A stretch of DNA of 64,000 bases from a virus (IMGVR_UViG_3300033412_000004:1-64000); one strand, 5' to 3'. Shown: positions 54,521 to 62,485, numbered from the stretch's first letter. Numbers and translations: made by a program. The notes: generated by a model from the sequence alone, not told the origin.

Positions 54521-54907
54521 ATGAGTGACCTGCCGAAGCCCAGTGACCGCTTGAAGCAGATGTGGGACCAGCAGGAGTCTTTCATGAGGCTCCTCCAGGA
54601 ACGCCGCAACTTTCCGCAGTTCCCAACCGACATCACGTCGAAGAAGGGACAACAGTTCCTGAAGGACATCAGGAACCACCTCATGGAGGAGCTGTTCGAA
54701 GCAGGTCAACACCTCAAGAACAGCAAGTCCCACCGCGCGACTGAACTGCCTGAAGTCGATCGCGAGGCATACAAGGAAGAGTTGGTTGACGCGTTGCACC
54801 TGTACTTCGAGCTGGCGATTGCCTCCGGCGTGTCGCTCGATGAACTGTTCGAGGCCTACATGGGCAAGGGCGAGGTCAATTTCGACCGGATCAAGAATGG
54901 GTACTGA
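54521..54907 (+). CDS. All-alpha NTP pyrophosphohydrolase (dimeric dUTPase/MazG-like)
   Basis: Q..F, EELFEA, KEELVDALH, K..VNFDR...GY. Confidence 0.75.
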   Translation: MSDLPKPSDRLKQMWDQQESFMRLLQERRNFPQFPTDITSKKGQQFLKDIRNHLMEELFEAGQHLKNSKSHRATELPEVDREAYKEELVDALHLYFELAIASGVSLDELFEAYMGKGEVNFDRIKNGY

Positions 54908-54922
54908 CCACTAGGTAACCCC

Positions 54923-55465
54923 ATGACTGATTCTGCGATGATGGTGAGCGTCAATAGCAGCCAATTTGGCAGCGGCAAACTGACGTTGGTTGACGATCCG
55001 ACAAAACACGTATACGTCGGCGATGTGCCGGCAGGCAACAACGTCTGGATCGGTGATTGGCCGCCACAGCGTCCTTGGGACATCACACCCGTGGTGCCCA
55101 ACGTGCCGTGGAACCCGCCCATCGACGCGCAGCCCTATCCACTAGGCGGCGTCACCATCACGACATCCGGCTACCTGTCGGTGTCACCTTGGCGAGTCGA
55201 CACTTCGGTCGTCGACCGCATCACGCTGGCGCTCGACGTGCCTGGTGTCAAGGTACAGGACCTGAAGGTTGAAATCGACGATGGTTGGGTCCGAGTCAGT
55301 GCCGTCCGATTCGACACCAAGGCAACCAACAACCAGACGTACTACGTCGGTCCGGCCTTCGACCCCACGACCTGTGAGGCGACGCTGGAAGCTGGCGTGT
55401 TGACGTTGATCGTCATGAAATTTGTCGACCGGCTCCCGCGCAAGGTCAACGTCAAGGTGAAGTGA
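54923..55465 (+). CDS. Hsp20/alpha-crystallin-domain protein
   Basis: LDVPGVKVQDLKVEI...ATLEAGVLTL...KVNV. Confidence 0.7.
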   Translation: MTDSAMMVSVNSSQFGSGKLTLVDDPTKHVYVGDVPAGNNVWIGDWPPQRPWDITPVVPNVPWNPPIDAQPYPLGGVTITTSGYLSVSPWRVDTSVVDRITLALDVPGVKVQDLKVEIDDGWVRVSAVRFDTKATNNQTYYVGPAFDPTTCEATLEAGVLTLIVMKFVDRLPRKVNVKVK

Positions 55466-55839
55466 TGCCGCCGCCCCGCAAGAAGTTCCAGCCTCCGCCC
55501 ATGGTGCGACCCAACAAGGTCTCAAAGATGAAGGTCCCGCTCAACGTCGTCCAGAACGACGTCGACGGCGTGCTGTCGCTGGAAATCGACATCCCGGGTT
55601 GTACCTCGGCCGACTTGGCGCTGGAGATGCACGACAACGTGCTGCGCGTCCTCGGCAAGCGAGGTGGCGTACCTTTTGAAGAGCGCGTCAAGATCGATGA
55701 CAAGCGGTACGACGTGTCGACAATCGATGCAGTGCTGCAGGACGGCCTGCTACACGTTGTCTTTGACGCGGTTGCTCCCGTGCAGCCTGTCGTGGTGACG
55801 GTGACCGTCGTGGACGCCAACGTGTCCGGCAGCGTGTAG
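55465..55839 (+). CDS. Hsp20/alpha-crystallin-domain protein
   Basis: IDIPGC..DLALEM..VLRVLG...IDAVLQDGLLHV. Confidence 0.7.
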   Translation: MPPPRKKFQPPPMVRPNKVSKMKVPLNVVQNDVDGVLSLEIDIPGCTSADLALEMHDNVLRVLGKRGGVPFEERVKIDDKRYDVSTIDAVLQDGLLHVVFDAVAPVQPVVVTVTVVDANVSGSV

Positions 55840-55869
55840 ACCCGGCGTCCCGCGGTGTAGTGTCACCGC

Positions 55870-56853
55870 ATGAACTTCAACGTTGAGCCGCGAACCATCC
55901 TCATGGTCCGCCACGGTTCCCATGCTTACGGTCTCAACACGCCGACGTCCGACATCGACATCAAAGGTGTCTGCATCGAGCCACGTGAGTACCACTTGGG
56001 CTTCATGCACGTGTTCGAACAATACGAGCGCATGAACAATGTCTACGGCGGCGACCTGCCGTCGCTTCAGTCGCTCAAGGGTACCGAGGTCGACCTCGTC
56101 GTCTACTCGTTGAAGAAGTTTGCGCGCCTGGCCGCCGACTGCAACCCGAACATCATCGAGGTGCTGCACGTTGCCGACGAGGACGTACTTCACATCAACA
56201 GGTGGGGCGAGACGCTGCGCGCTCACAAGGACGAATTCCTGTCGAAGAAGGCGAAGTTCACCTTCGCCGGCTACGCCCACGCGCAGCTGAAACGCATCAA
56301 GACTCACAAGGCGTGGTTGCTCGACCCGCCCAAGGCGCCGCCCAACCGCAAGGACTTCGGCCTGTCGGAGACGACCAAGGTGTCGCAGTCTGAGCTGGGC
56401 GCGTTCGAGGCCGCGGTCAAGGACGGCATCGAGATCGAGTTGCCCAAGGACGTGTTGACGCTGTTCACTCGTGAGAAGCAGTACCAGGCAGCGAAGTTGC
56501 ACTGGGACCAGTACCAGAACTGGGTGAAGACGCGCAATGCCAAGCGCGCCGAGCTCGAGGCAAAATTCGGCTACGACACCAAGCACGGCATGCACTTGCT
56601 GCGCTTGATGCGGATGTGCCGTGAAATCATGCTGACGGGCAAGGTCGTCGTCAAACGACCTGACCGCGAAGAACTCCTGGCCGTCCGCTTCGGCGGCATG
56701 CCCTACGATGAGCTCATCCAAGAGGCAGAGAACCTCGAGGCCGAGTGTGAAGAGCTCTATGAGTCATCGCCGCTGCCGCGGACGCCCGACCGCGAGAAGC
56801 TCGACCGCCTCATCATCGAAATGACCGACGAGTTTCTCGGCCTGTACGGGTGA
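55870..56853 (+). CDS. Pol-beta-superfamily nucleotidyltransferase (RlaP-like)
   Basis: HGSHAYGLNTPTSDIDIKG, NPNIIEVL, YDTKHGMHLLRL. Confidence 0.82.
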   Translation: MNFNVEPRTILMVRHGSHAYGLNTPTSDIDIKGVCIEPREYHLGFMHVFEQYERMNNVYGGDLPSLQSLKGTEVDLVVYSLKKFARLAADCNPNIIEVLHVADEDVLHINRWGETLRAHKDEFLSKKAKFTFAGYAHAQLKRIKTHKAWLLDPPKAPPNRKDFGLSETTKVSQSELGAFEAAVKDGIEIELPKDVLTLFTREKQYQAAKLHWDQYQNWVKTRNAKRAELEAKFGYDTKHGMHLLRLMRMCREIMLTGKVVVKRPDREELLAVRFGGMPYDELIQEAENLEAECEELYESSPLPRTPDREKLDRLIIEMTDEFLGLYG

Positions 56854-57359
56854 GTGTACTGTTCGACATGCTCCTGATCATCGGCACCTTCCTGGTCTCG
56901 CTTCTCATCAGCAGCTTCTGCGGGTACTGGATCCACAGAGGACTCCATTCCAGGCGCCTCAGTTTCATCAACAAGGGGCACATGGAGCACCACCTCCAGC
57001 ACTATCCGCCGAAGCGACTGGTGACCGACAAGTACCTGCGAGCCAAGTGGTTCAATTCTGGGCCATTCCTCTTCACCCCTCCCTTCGTGATTTTGCTGGC
57101 GGTGTTCGGTGGGCTGCTGTGGCTGCTCGGGCTGCCGATGTGGTGCCTCGCCATCTTCGGCCCGGTGATGCTGGCGTACGGGCTGTTCAATGACGCGGTC
57201 CACGACAGCTTTCACGTCAAGAATACGTGGCTGCGATTTTTGCCCTTCTGGACGAAGTTGCGGGAGCACCACTTCCTTCATCACCACGACATGAAGCGCA
57301 ATTTCGGCATCATCTCGTTCGAGTGGGACCGGGTCTTTAAGACGTTCAAACGCCTCTGA
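56850..57359 (+). CDS. Fatty-acid hydroxylase/sterol desaturase family membrane enzyme
   Basis: His boxes HRGLH, HMEHH, HDSFH, HHFLHH between TM segments; NFGI. Confidence 0.82.
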   Translation: MSVLFDMLLIIGTFLVSLLISSFCGYWIHRGLHSRRLSFINKGHMEHHLQHYPPKRLVTDKYLRAKWFNSGPFLFTPPFVILLAVFGGLLWLLGLPMWCLAIFGPVMLAYGLFNDAVHDSFHVKNTWLRFLPFWTKLREHHFLHHHDMKRNFGIISFEWDRVFKTFKRL

Positions 57360-57391
57360 ACACCGGCGCTGCCGGGGAGTAGGTTGTGCGC

Positions 57392-57916
57392 ATGGACCAG
57401 ACGCCGTGTCCCAAGTGCGGACATCCGATGTGGGAACACCGCAAGGAGTCAAGTCGTGGTCGCTTCATGTGCCATGAACGCATGAGCTACGACAACAACG
57501 ACTTCTGTGGTTGCTCCCATGGAGCGCCGCTCAAGGCCGCACTGCTGCTGTACGCGATTCGCAACAGCAAGGGTGAGTACTTCCGGGCCAAAGGCCGCGA
57601 CGGCTACGGCAAGAAGTCGTGGGTGCCCGACCTCATCGATGCCAAGCTATACGCCAAGGTGTCGCAAGCCCGCGCTCGCATCACCTACTTCGCCAACAAC
57701 AACCCGCAGAAGCTGCCGGTGCCTGAGCTGATCGAGTTCAAGGCCGTCGAGGAGCGGGTCATCGACGAGACCGACCGAGTCCGAGACGCCAAGCGCAAGA
57801 AGGAGCTCGAGGTCGAGAATCGCAAGAAAGCGCAAGCGAAGTGGGAGCTTGAGCAAGCGCAGAAACAACTGGCCGCCGCACAAGCCAAAATCGACAAGCT
57901 GAGGAGAGGTGAATGA
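57392..57916 (+). CDS. Hypothetical protein (Cys/His N-terminus, coiled-coil C-terminus)
   Basis: CPKCGH..H..C..CGC; TGAACA-17-TAGGTT upstream. Confidence 0.6.
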   Translation: MDQTPCPKCGHPMWEHRKESSRGRFMCHERMSYDNNDFCGCSHGAPLKAALLLYAIRNSKGEYFRAKGRDGYGKKSWVPDLIDAKLYAKVSQARARITYFANNNPQKLPVPELIEFKAVEERVIDETDRVRDAKRKKELEVENRKKAQAKWELEQAQKQLAAAQAKIDKLRRGE

Positions 57917-58923
57917 TGCGAACGCTGATGATTTTCAAGGGACTCCCGGGCAGTGGCAAGTCGACGGAGGCCGCCGCGCTCGTCAAGCGAGAGCCCAAGC
58001 GCTGGATTCGCATCAACCGTGACGACCTGCGCGGCATGGTCGTCGGGCCAGGCAACAACCCGCACGCCCGAGACAACGACCGTGAAGAGCTGGTTCGTGG
58101 CATGAAGGAAGCGCTGATGCGACAGGCCTTCGACGCCGGCTATGACGTCATCCTCGACGACACTCACCTGGTGCCGATGACGGTCAAGAAGCTGCACGCG
58201 GCCGCGGCTGCCTACGGCGACGTCAAGGTCATCGAGCGCGGTGTCAACGTCGACATCAAGACGGCCATCGAGCGAGACTCAAAGCGGACCGGCTTTGCCC
58301 ACGTCGGCGAGAAGGTCATCATGGACATGGCGCGCGGCGCCGGCATCGACAAGGGCCGGAAGCTGAGCGACAAGGAAGCGTACTACGAGCCGCGCCCCGA
58401 CTCGTTCGCCACCATCATCCAGGACGAGTCGCTGCCCGAGGCCATCATGTGCGACCTCGACGGTACCTTGGCCATCATCAACGACCGGACGCCTTACGAC
58501 GCGACTGACTGCGACCTCAAGGACCTGCCCAACTGGCCGGTCATCCACTGCGTCCTGGCGATGCACGCCCGCGGCGCCAAGATCATGTTCATGTCGGGCC
58601 GCGACCAGAAGTACCGGCCCGAGACGGAGCGCTTCATCGAGATGTACTGTCGAGTCCCGGCCAACTGGGCCTTCTCGAAGGAGAACGACGACAGGCCGAA
58701 GGACGTGCCCATCCCCTACGAGCTCCACATGCGCGGGGAGACGGCACCCGATCCCGACAAGATGGACATGCGCAAGGACGCTGTCATCAAGCAGGAGCTG
58801 TTCGACAAGTACGTCCGCGGCAAGTACAACGTTCGCTTCGTGCTCGACGATCGCAACCAAGTCGTCGACTTCTGGCGATCGATCGGACTCACCTGTTTTC
58901 AGGTGGCCCCGGGTGCGTTCTAA
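57913..58923 (+). CDS. pseT: Polynucleotide 5'-kinase/3'-phosphatase (T4 PseT-like)
   Basis: GLPGSGKST and RINRDDLR kinase domain; HAD motifs CDLDGT, SGR, DDRNQVV. Confidence 0.9.
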   Translation: MMRTLMIFKGLPGSGKSTEAAALVKREPKRWIRINRDDLRGMVVGPGNNPHARDNDREELVRGMKEALMRQAFDAGYDVILDDTHLVPMTVKKLHAAAAAYGDVKVIERGVNVDIKTAIERDSKRTGFAHVGEKVIMDMARGAGIDKGRKLSDKEAYYEPRPDSFATIIQDESLPEAIMCDLDGTLAIINDRTPYDATDCDLKDLPNWPVIHCVLAMHARGAKIMFMSGRDQKYRPETERFIEMYCRVPANWAFSKENDDRPKDVPIPYELHMRGETAPDPDKMDMRKDAVIKQELFDKYVRGKYNVRFVLDDRNQVVDFWRSIGLTCFQVAPGAF

Positions 58924-59669
58924 TCGAAGACGTTGAAACGTTTTGAGTTGATTGCAGAAACGTATTCATCATAACGTTTCTCAGCGTCTTCGTAAGCGCT
59001 GATCAAGCCTTGATCAGTGTAGTCAACGTGTCCTAGACGTGACAACCGAGGTGCCAATAGTGATCCGATCACTCCCAAGCCTCGAACTCGATCACCGTGC
59101 TTTCGCCAGGCCCAGATGAGATGCTGAATCTCAGCATCTTGAGTTTTCATTGCACGGTGCACGCCATAGCGAAATCCCTGAAGATTACTGGCGTGGTGAC
59201 AATGAAATCCAACGAACTTCAACGTGGGAGGCAAATCTGCGCCTCGGATGACGTTCGTATTTCCAAGCTCAACGTTGCGGTCGCAGTAGAGCTTGTCAGT
59301 TGTTCCCAAGAAAACTACGCGTGGAGTGAAAGCATTGAGACCGATGATCAACTTGTCGGTCATGTAGTCATGAAGGGGTGCTTGAAGCCCAGTCGCGTCC
59401 TTTGCTCGAATCGTCTGAAAAATCTCTGATAGGATCCAAGGTTGCGAGAGGACAGTGTCAGCATCGATCTTGACGAAAAGGTCGTGACTAGATTGTTCTT
59501 CGCGCCATTTCGCCCAAAGTGTGTTGTGAGCATCCTTTTCGTTGAGCCCAGAGACGATATGATGTGTCACAATCACATTCGTCTGCGTATTGATCGCTGC
59601 ACAGCATTTTGCAAAGTCACCTTCGCCGCTGTGCAGCGTTCCTACGAAAATTCTGGGATCATCCGTCAT
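58920..59669 (-). CDS. GT-A-fold glycosyltransferase-like protein
   Basis: DLFVKIDADTVL DxD motif after a GT2-like N-terminus; TTGTCG-17-TAGAAT upstream. Confidence 0.6.
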   Translation of the reverse strand: MTDDPRIFVGTLHSGEGDFAKCCAAINTQTNVIVTHHIVSGLNEKDAHNTLWAKWREEQSSHDLFVKIDADTVLSQPWILSEIFQTIRAKDATGLQAPLHDYMTDKLIIGLNAFTPRVVFLGTTDKLYCDRNVELGNTNVIRGADLPPTLKFVGFHCHHASNLQGFRYGVHRAMKTQDAEIQHLIWAWRKHGDRVRGLGVIGSLLAPRLSRLGHVDYTDQGLISAYEDAEKRYDEYVSAINSKRFNVFD

Positions 59670-59688
59670 AAGACGGATTCTACACTAC

Positions 59689-60717
59689 TCAGTAAGAGAC
59701 GACAACCACGATACCATTGGCGCCGTTACCACCTGAACCCGCAGTAGCGCCTGCTCCGCCGCCTCCTCCGCCACCTCCATAAAGACCTCCGTTACCCCCA
59801 TTGCCTGCCGTACCTCCCGAACCGGCACCGGAACCTCCGCCTCCTCCGCCACCGCCAACCTGTGGTTGATTTGTTGTAACGTTTGATCCATTCGAACCGT
59901 TGTTACCCACTCCGCCAGCTGCGCCACAACCTGTACGAGATACACTGGGCGATCCGCCGTCTCCAGCGGGGCCAACGACAGAGACTGACACCTTGTAACC
60001 GCCAGCTCCACCGCCCCCAGGCGTTTCACCAAAAAAGACCGCGGTGTTCGTTGTTGCGGGCAGCGCACCGGTTGAATCGAGAACATCACCACCATTGCCA
60101 CCTCTTGTGTCTCCATAACCTCCAAAACTTTTATCGCCAGGCAATAGTGCGTCGTAAGTAACTGTAGCTGAAGCCCCGAACGCAATCAACAGTGCATCGA
60201 AAGTCGAATCACCGCCAGCTGATCCAGTTACTCCAGGTGTAGCGCCCGCTCCTCCCGAGCCTCCTGTGCCGACGACAACACTTGCAGTTGCAGGCAAATC
60301 AGACGCAAGGAAAAATCCACGCGTTTTTCCACCGGCACCGCCACCAGGTCCGCCGGGCAAACCATAACCAGAAGCTTGGTATCCGCCTCCGCCACCCGCA
60401 CCTCCTCCGACAAGGAAGACTTCTACAATAGACGCACCATTGGGTTTCGTCCATGTGCCTGAACCAGTGAAGATTTGTCGATCAGGCGTGATGCTACCCG
60501 TAGCAACTTGACCAGTTGCAGTGATAAGCACTTGCCCGTTAGATTGAGACGTAATCGTGATGCCAGGTCCAGCGACGAGGTACGTCTTACCGTCAGTGAG
60601 TCGCTGAAGCGATCCTGACAGACCACCATAGAACAACGCAGGTGTCAAGTAGCTTGACCCCGTCGTCGACATCTGCACGATCACTACACCATCAATTTTC
60701 GTTTCTGAAGACGCCAT
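59689..60717 (-). CDS. Glycine-rich tail fibre/receptor-binding-like protein
   Basis: GGLSGSLQRLTDG..LVAGPGITIT anchor, then FTGSGTWTKP..VGGGAGGGG..GGNGANGIVVV Gly-rich domain; TACCTA box and GGAGG RBS. Confidence 0.68.
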   Translation of the reverse strand: MASSETKIDGVVIVQMSTTGSSYLTPALFYGGLSGSLQRLTDGKTYLVAGPGITITSQSNGQVLITATGQVATGSITPDRQIFTGSGTWTKPNGASIVEVFLVGGGAGGGGGYQASGYGLPGGPGGGAGGKTRGFFLASDLPATASVVVGTGGSGGAGATPGVTGSAGGDSTFDALLIAFGASATVTYDALLPGDKSFGGYGDTRGGNGGDVLDSTGALPATTNTAVFFGETPGGGGAGGYKVSVSVVGPAGDGGSPSVSRTGCGAAGGVGNNGSNGSNVTTNQPQVGGGGGGGGSGAGSGGTAGNGGNGGLYGGGGGGGGAGATAGSGGNGANGIVVVVSY

Positions 60718-60782
60718 GATTTTCCTCCCGCGGTAGGTATGCACATACGCCGTTTTGAGTGGTACAACTTCAGCAGAAAATC

Positions 60783-60977
60783 ATGCGCTCCTACAAGCTG
60801 AAACTCAAGCTGATGCTGGGCCTTCGCGGTCTGGCCGTCGTCTCATGTGCGTTCGGGGCGTACCGACTGTTCTCGGTGGGCAGTCCCCTGGGCGTGATGC
60901 TGTTGGTGCTGATCGTACCGCAACTTTTCCTTGCTCACCGCGACGTCAAGGAACTTCAATTTCTGAGGGGTTCATGA
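60783..60977 (+). CDS. Small two-TM membrane protein
   Basis: Two hydrophobic segments; TGCACA-17-TACAAC upstream. Confidence 0.45.
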   Translation: MRSYKLKLKLMLGLRGLAVVSCAFGAYRLFSVGSPLGVMLLVLIVPQLFLAHRDVKELQFLRGS

Positions 60978-61246
60978 TCTACTCAGAATTCCAAGTCGGA
61001 CAGAAGTTCAGGTGTGGCAGCAAGGTCTGGATGTGCACTGACAAGGGCACACGCATCATCACCGCGATCTGCTTGACGGTGTGTCGCACCAATGACTGGG
61101 CGCGGAACTTGGATGAAGACATCCAGGAACGTGCCTGGGAACGCAAGACGCCAGAAGTTGATCCTTCATGGCTGAAGGGACCACCCTATGCGTTGGCTGA
61201 ACACGTGTTCGACGAAAACGACCAGAAAGGGTGCGAATCACTGTGA
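60974..61246 (+). CDS. Hypothetical protein
   Basis: MIYSEFQVGQKF..WMCTDKGTR..GPPYALAEHVFDE. Confidence 0.55.
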   Translation: MIYSEFQVGQKFRCGSKVWMCTDKGTRIITAICLTVCRTNDWARNLDEDIQERAWERKTPEVDPSWLKGPPYALAEHVFDENDQKGCESL

Positions 61247-61809
61247 AACGACGAAGAATTTTGCTTGACTGTGACGGCGTCATCGCCGACTTCTGCACTG
61301 CGTGCTTCAACCTCATCGAGGAGCACACGGGCGATCGACACACTCACGATGAAGTGACTCACTGGGACTTGTTCACCATCGTGGGCAAGGGTCACCTGAA
61401 GCCGCTGATGAAAGAGACGGCGGCCAAGTCGGGTTGGTGCATCAGTTTCCCGATGTACCCGGGTTCACAGGAGGCGGTGAAGAAGCTCGAGGAGTACGGC
61501 GAAGTCGTCGTCGTCACCTCGCCCATGACGACGCCGTTCTGGGCCTATGAGCGGACCGTCTGGCTCGAGCAGCACTTCGGCATCCCGAAGCCGCGCATCG
61601 TCCACACTGAAGGCAAGCAGTACGTCAAGGGTGACGTCCTGATCGACGACGCTGATGAGAACTGCCTCAAGTGGCACAAGGAGTACCCGGAAGCGCTGAC
61701 GCTGTTGTGGGACGCTCCCTACAACCGCGAGGCCGATCTGGCGGGCACCGGCATCATCCGCGTCAAAGGCTGGGACGAGGTCTTTGCGCTCCTGGAGAAG
61801 GGCACGTGA
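61231..61809 (+). CDS. 5'(3')-deoxyribonucleotidase (HAD, NT5C-like)
   Basis: LLDCDGVIADF, VVTSP, WLEQHF, DVLIDD, PYN. Confidence 0.85.
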   Translation: MRITVKRRRILLDCDGVIADFCTACFNLIEEHTGDRHTHDEVTHWDLFTIVGKGHLKPLMKETAAKSGWCISFPMYPGSQEAVKKLEEYGEVVVVTSPMTTPFWAYERTVWLEQHFGIPKPRIVHTEGKQYVKGDVLIDDADENCLKWHKEYPEALTLLWDAPYNREADLAGTGIIRVKGWDEVFALLEKGT

Positions 61810-61976
61810 TCGAAAAGCTGACTCTCACCGCTGACATCCTGATCTTCGCCTGGTTGGTCGGCACCTGGTTCTACGAAGGACACCACAAGAAGTGCAAGGT
61901 CACGGTGACGTGTCCACACTGCGGCGAGGAATCGGAACAAGCGTGCTTGGCTGACCACCGGCACGACGAGACTTGA
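61806..61976 (+). CDS. Small membrane-anchored Zn-ribbon protein
   Basis: GTGA overlap, TM helix, CPHCG. Confidence 0.45.
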   Translation: MIEKLTLTADILIFAWLVGTWFYEGHHKKCKVTVTCPHCGEESEQACLADHRHDET

Positions 61977-62148
61977 TCGGTGAGTGCAAGGTGGCATGCA
62001 TGACACCTGACGAAAGGGTGAGTACACCAGAAGGGTGCTTCCGAACGAAGCGGTAAAACAGTCGTAACCCTTCAAGGCGGCGGTGGTGCAAGCCGTGGAC
62101 GACCGCAAACGACAAGCACGCGGGGATAACAGGCCCGTACCGATCGAG
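61972..62148 (+). ncRNA. Candidate structured non-coding RNA
   Basis: 10-bp closing stem CTTGATCGGT/ACCGATCGAG with at least five internal stems and a possible pseudoknot; no credible ORF. Strand is inferred from G-U pairs and context. Confidence 0.6.
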
Positions 62149-62170
62149 GTTGACCATGAGAGAGACGAAG

Positions 62171-62485
62171 ATGGGAATTCGCCAGTACAACTACCACACC
62201 TGGTCGAAGTACATGGTGCGCGAGCCCAAGGACATGCCCAAAGGCAGCCACTACGCGGCGGTGCTGTTCGGCACCCGCACCGAATGGACACCGGCGTACG
62301 ATCGCCACGATAGCGACTCTTCATGTTCGGTTCCAGAGATCACATATTTCGCCTTCTACTCCTTGGAGGAGCTCGAGACGTGGGTCGCCGAGGCAGCCCA
62401 GGACAAGAAGCAGTTCTTCTTCTACCACGTGCCCAAATTGGGCGAAGCTACCATCAAAGTCAGTGTACACACGGAGTTGAAATGA
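62171..62485 (+). CDS. Hypothetical protein
   Basis: Coupled to pyrE by an ATGA-type overlap. Confidence 0.55.
   Translation: MGIRQYNYHTWSKYMVREPKDMPKGSHYAAVLFGTRTEWTPAYDRHDSDSSCSVPEITYFAFYSLEELETWVAEAAQDKKQFFFYHVPKLGEATIKVSVHTELK

Noticed and set aside
59740-59860. CCGCCTCCT/CCACC repeats as a DNA microsatellite
   Set aside because: They are explained by poly-Gly codons of the - strand fibre gene.
61972-62148. Assignment as rRNA fragment, twister ribozyme, cobalamin riboswitch or RNase P
   Set aside because: Only short motifs resemble these (GGTGCAAGCC, GGGGATAACAGGC); the remaining consensus elements are missing.
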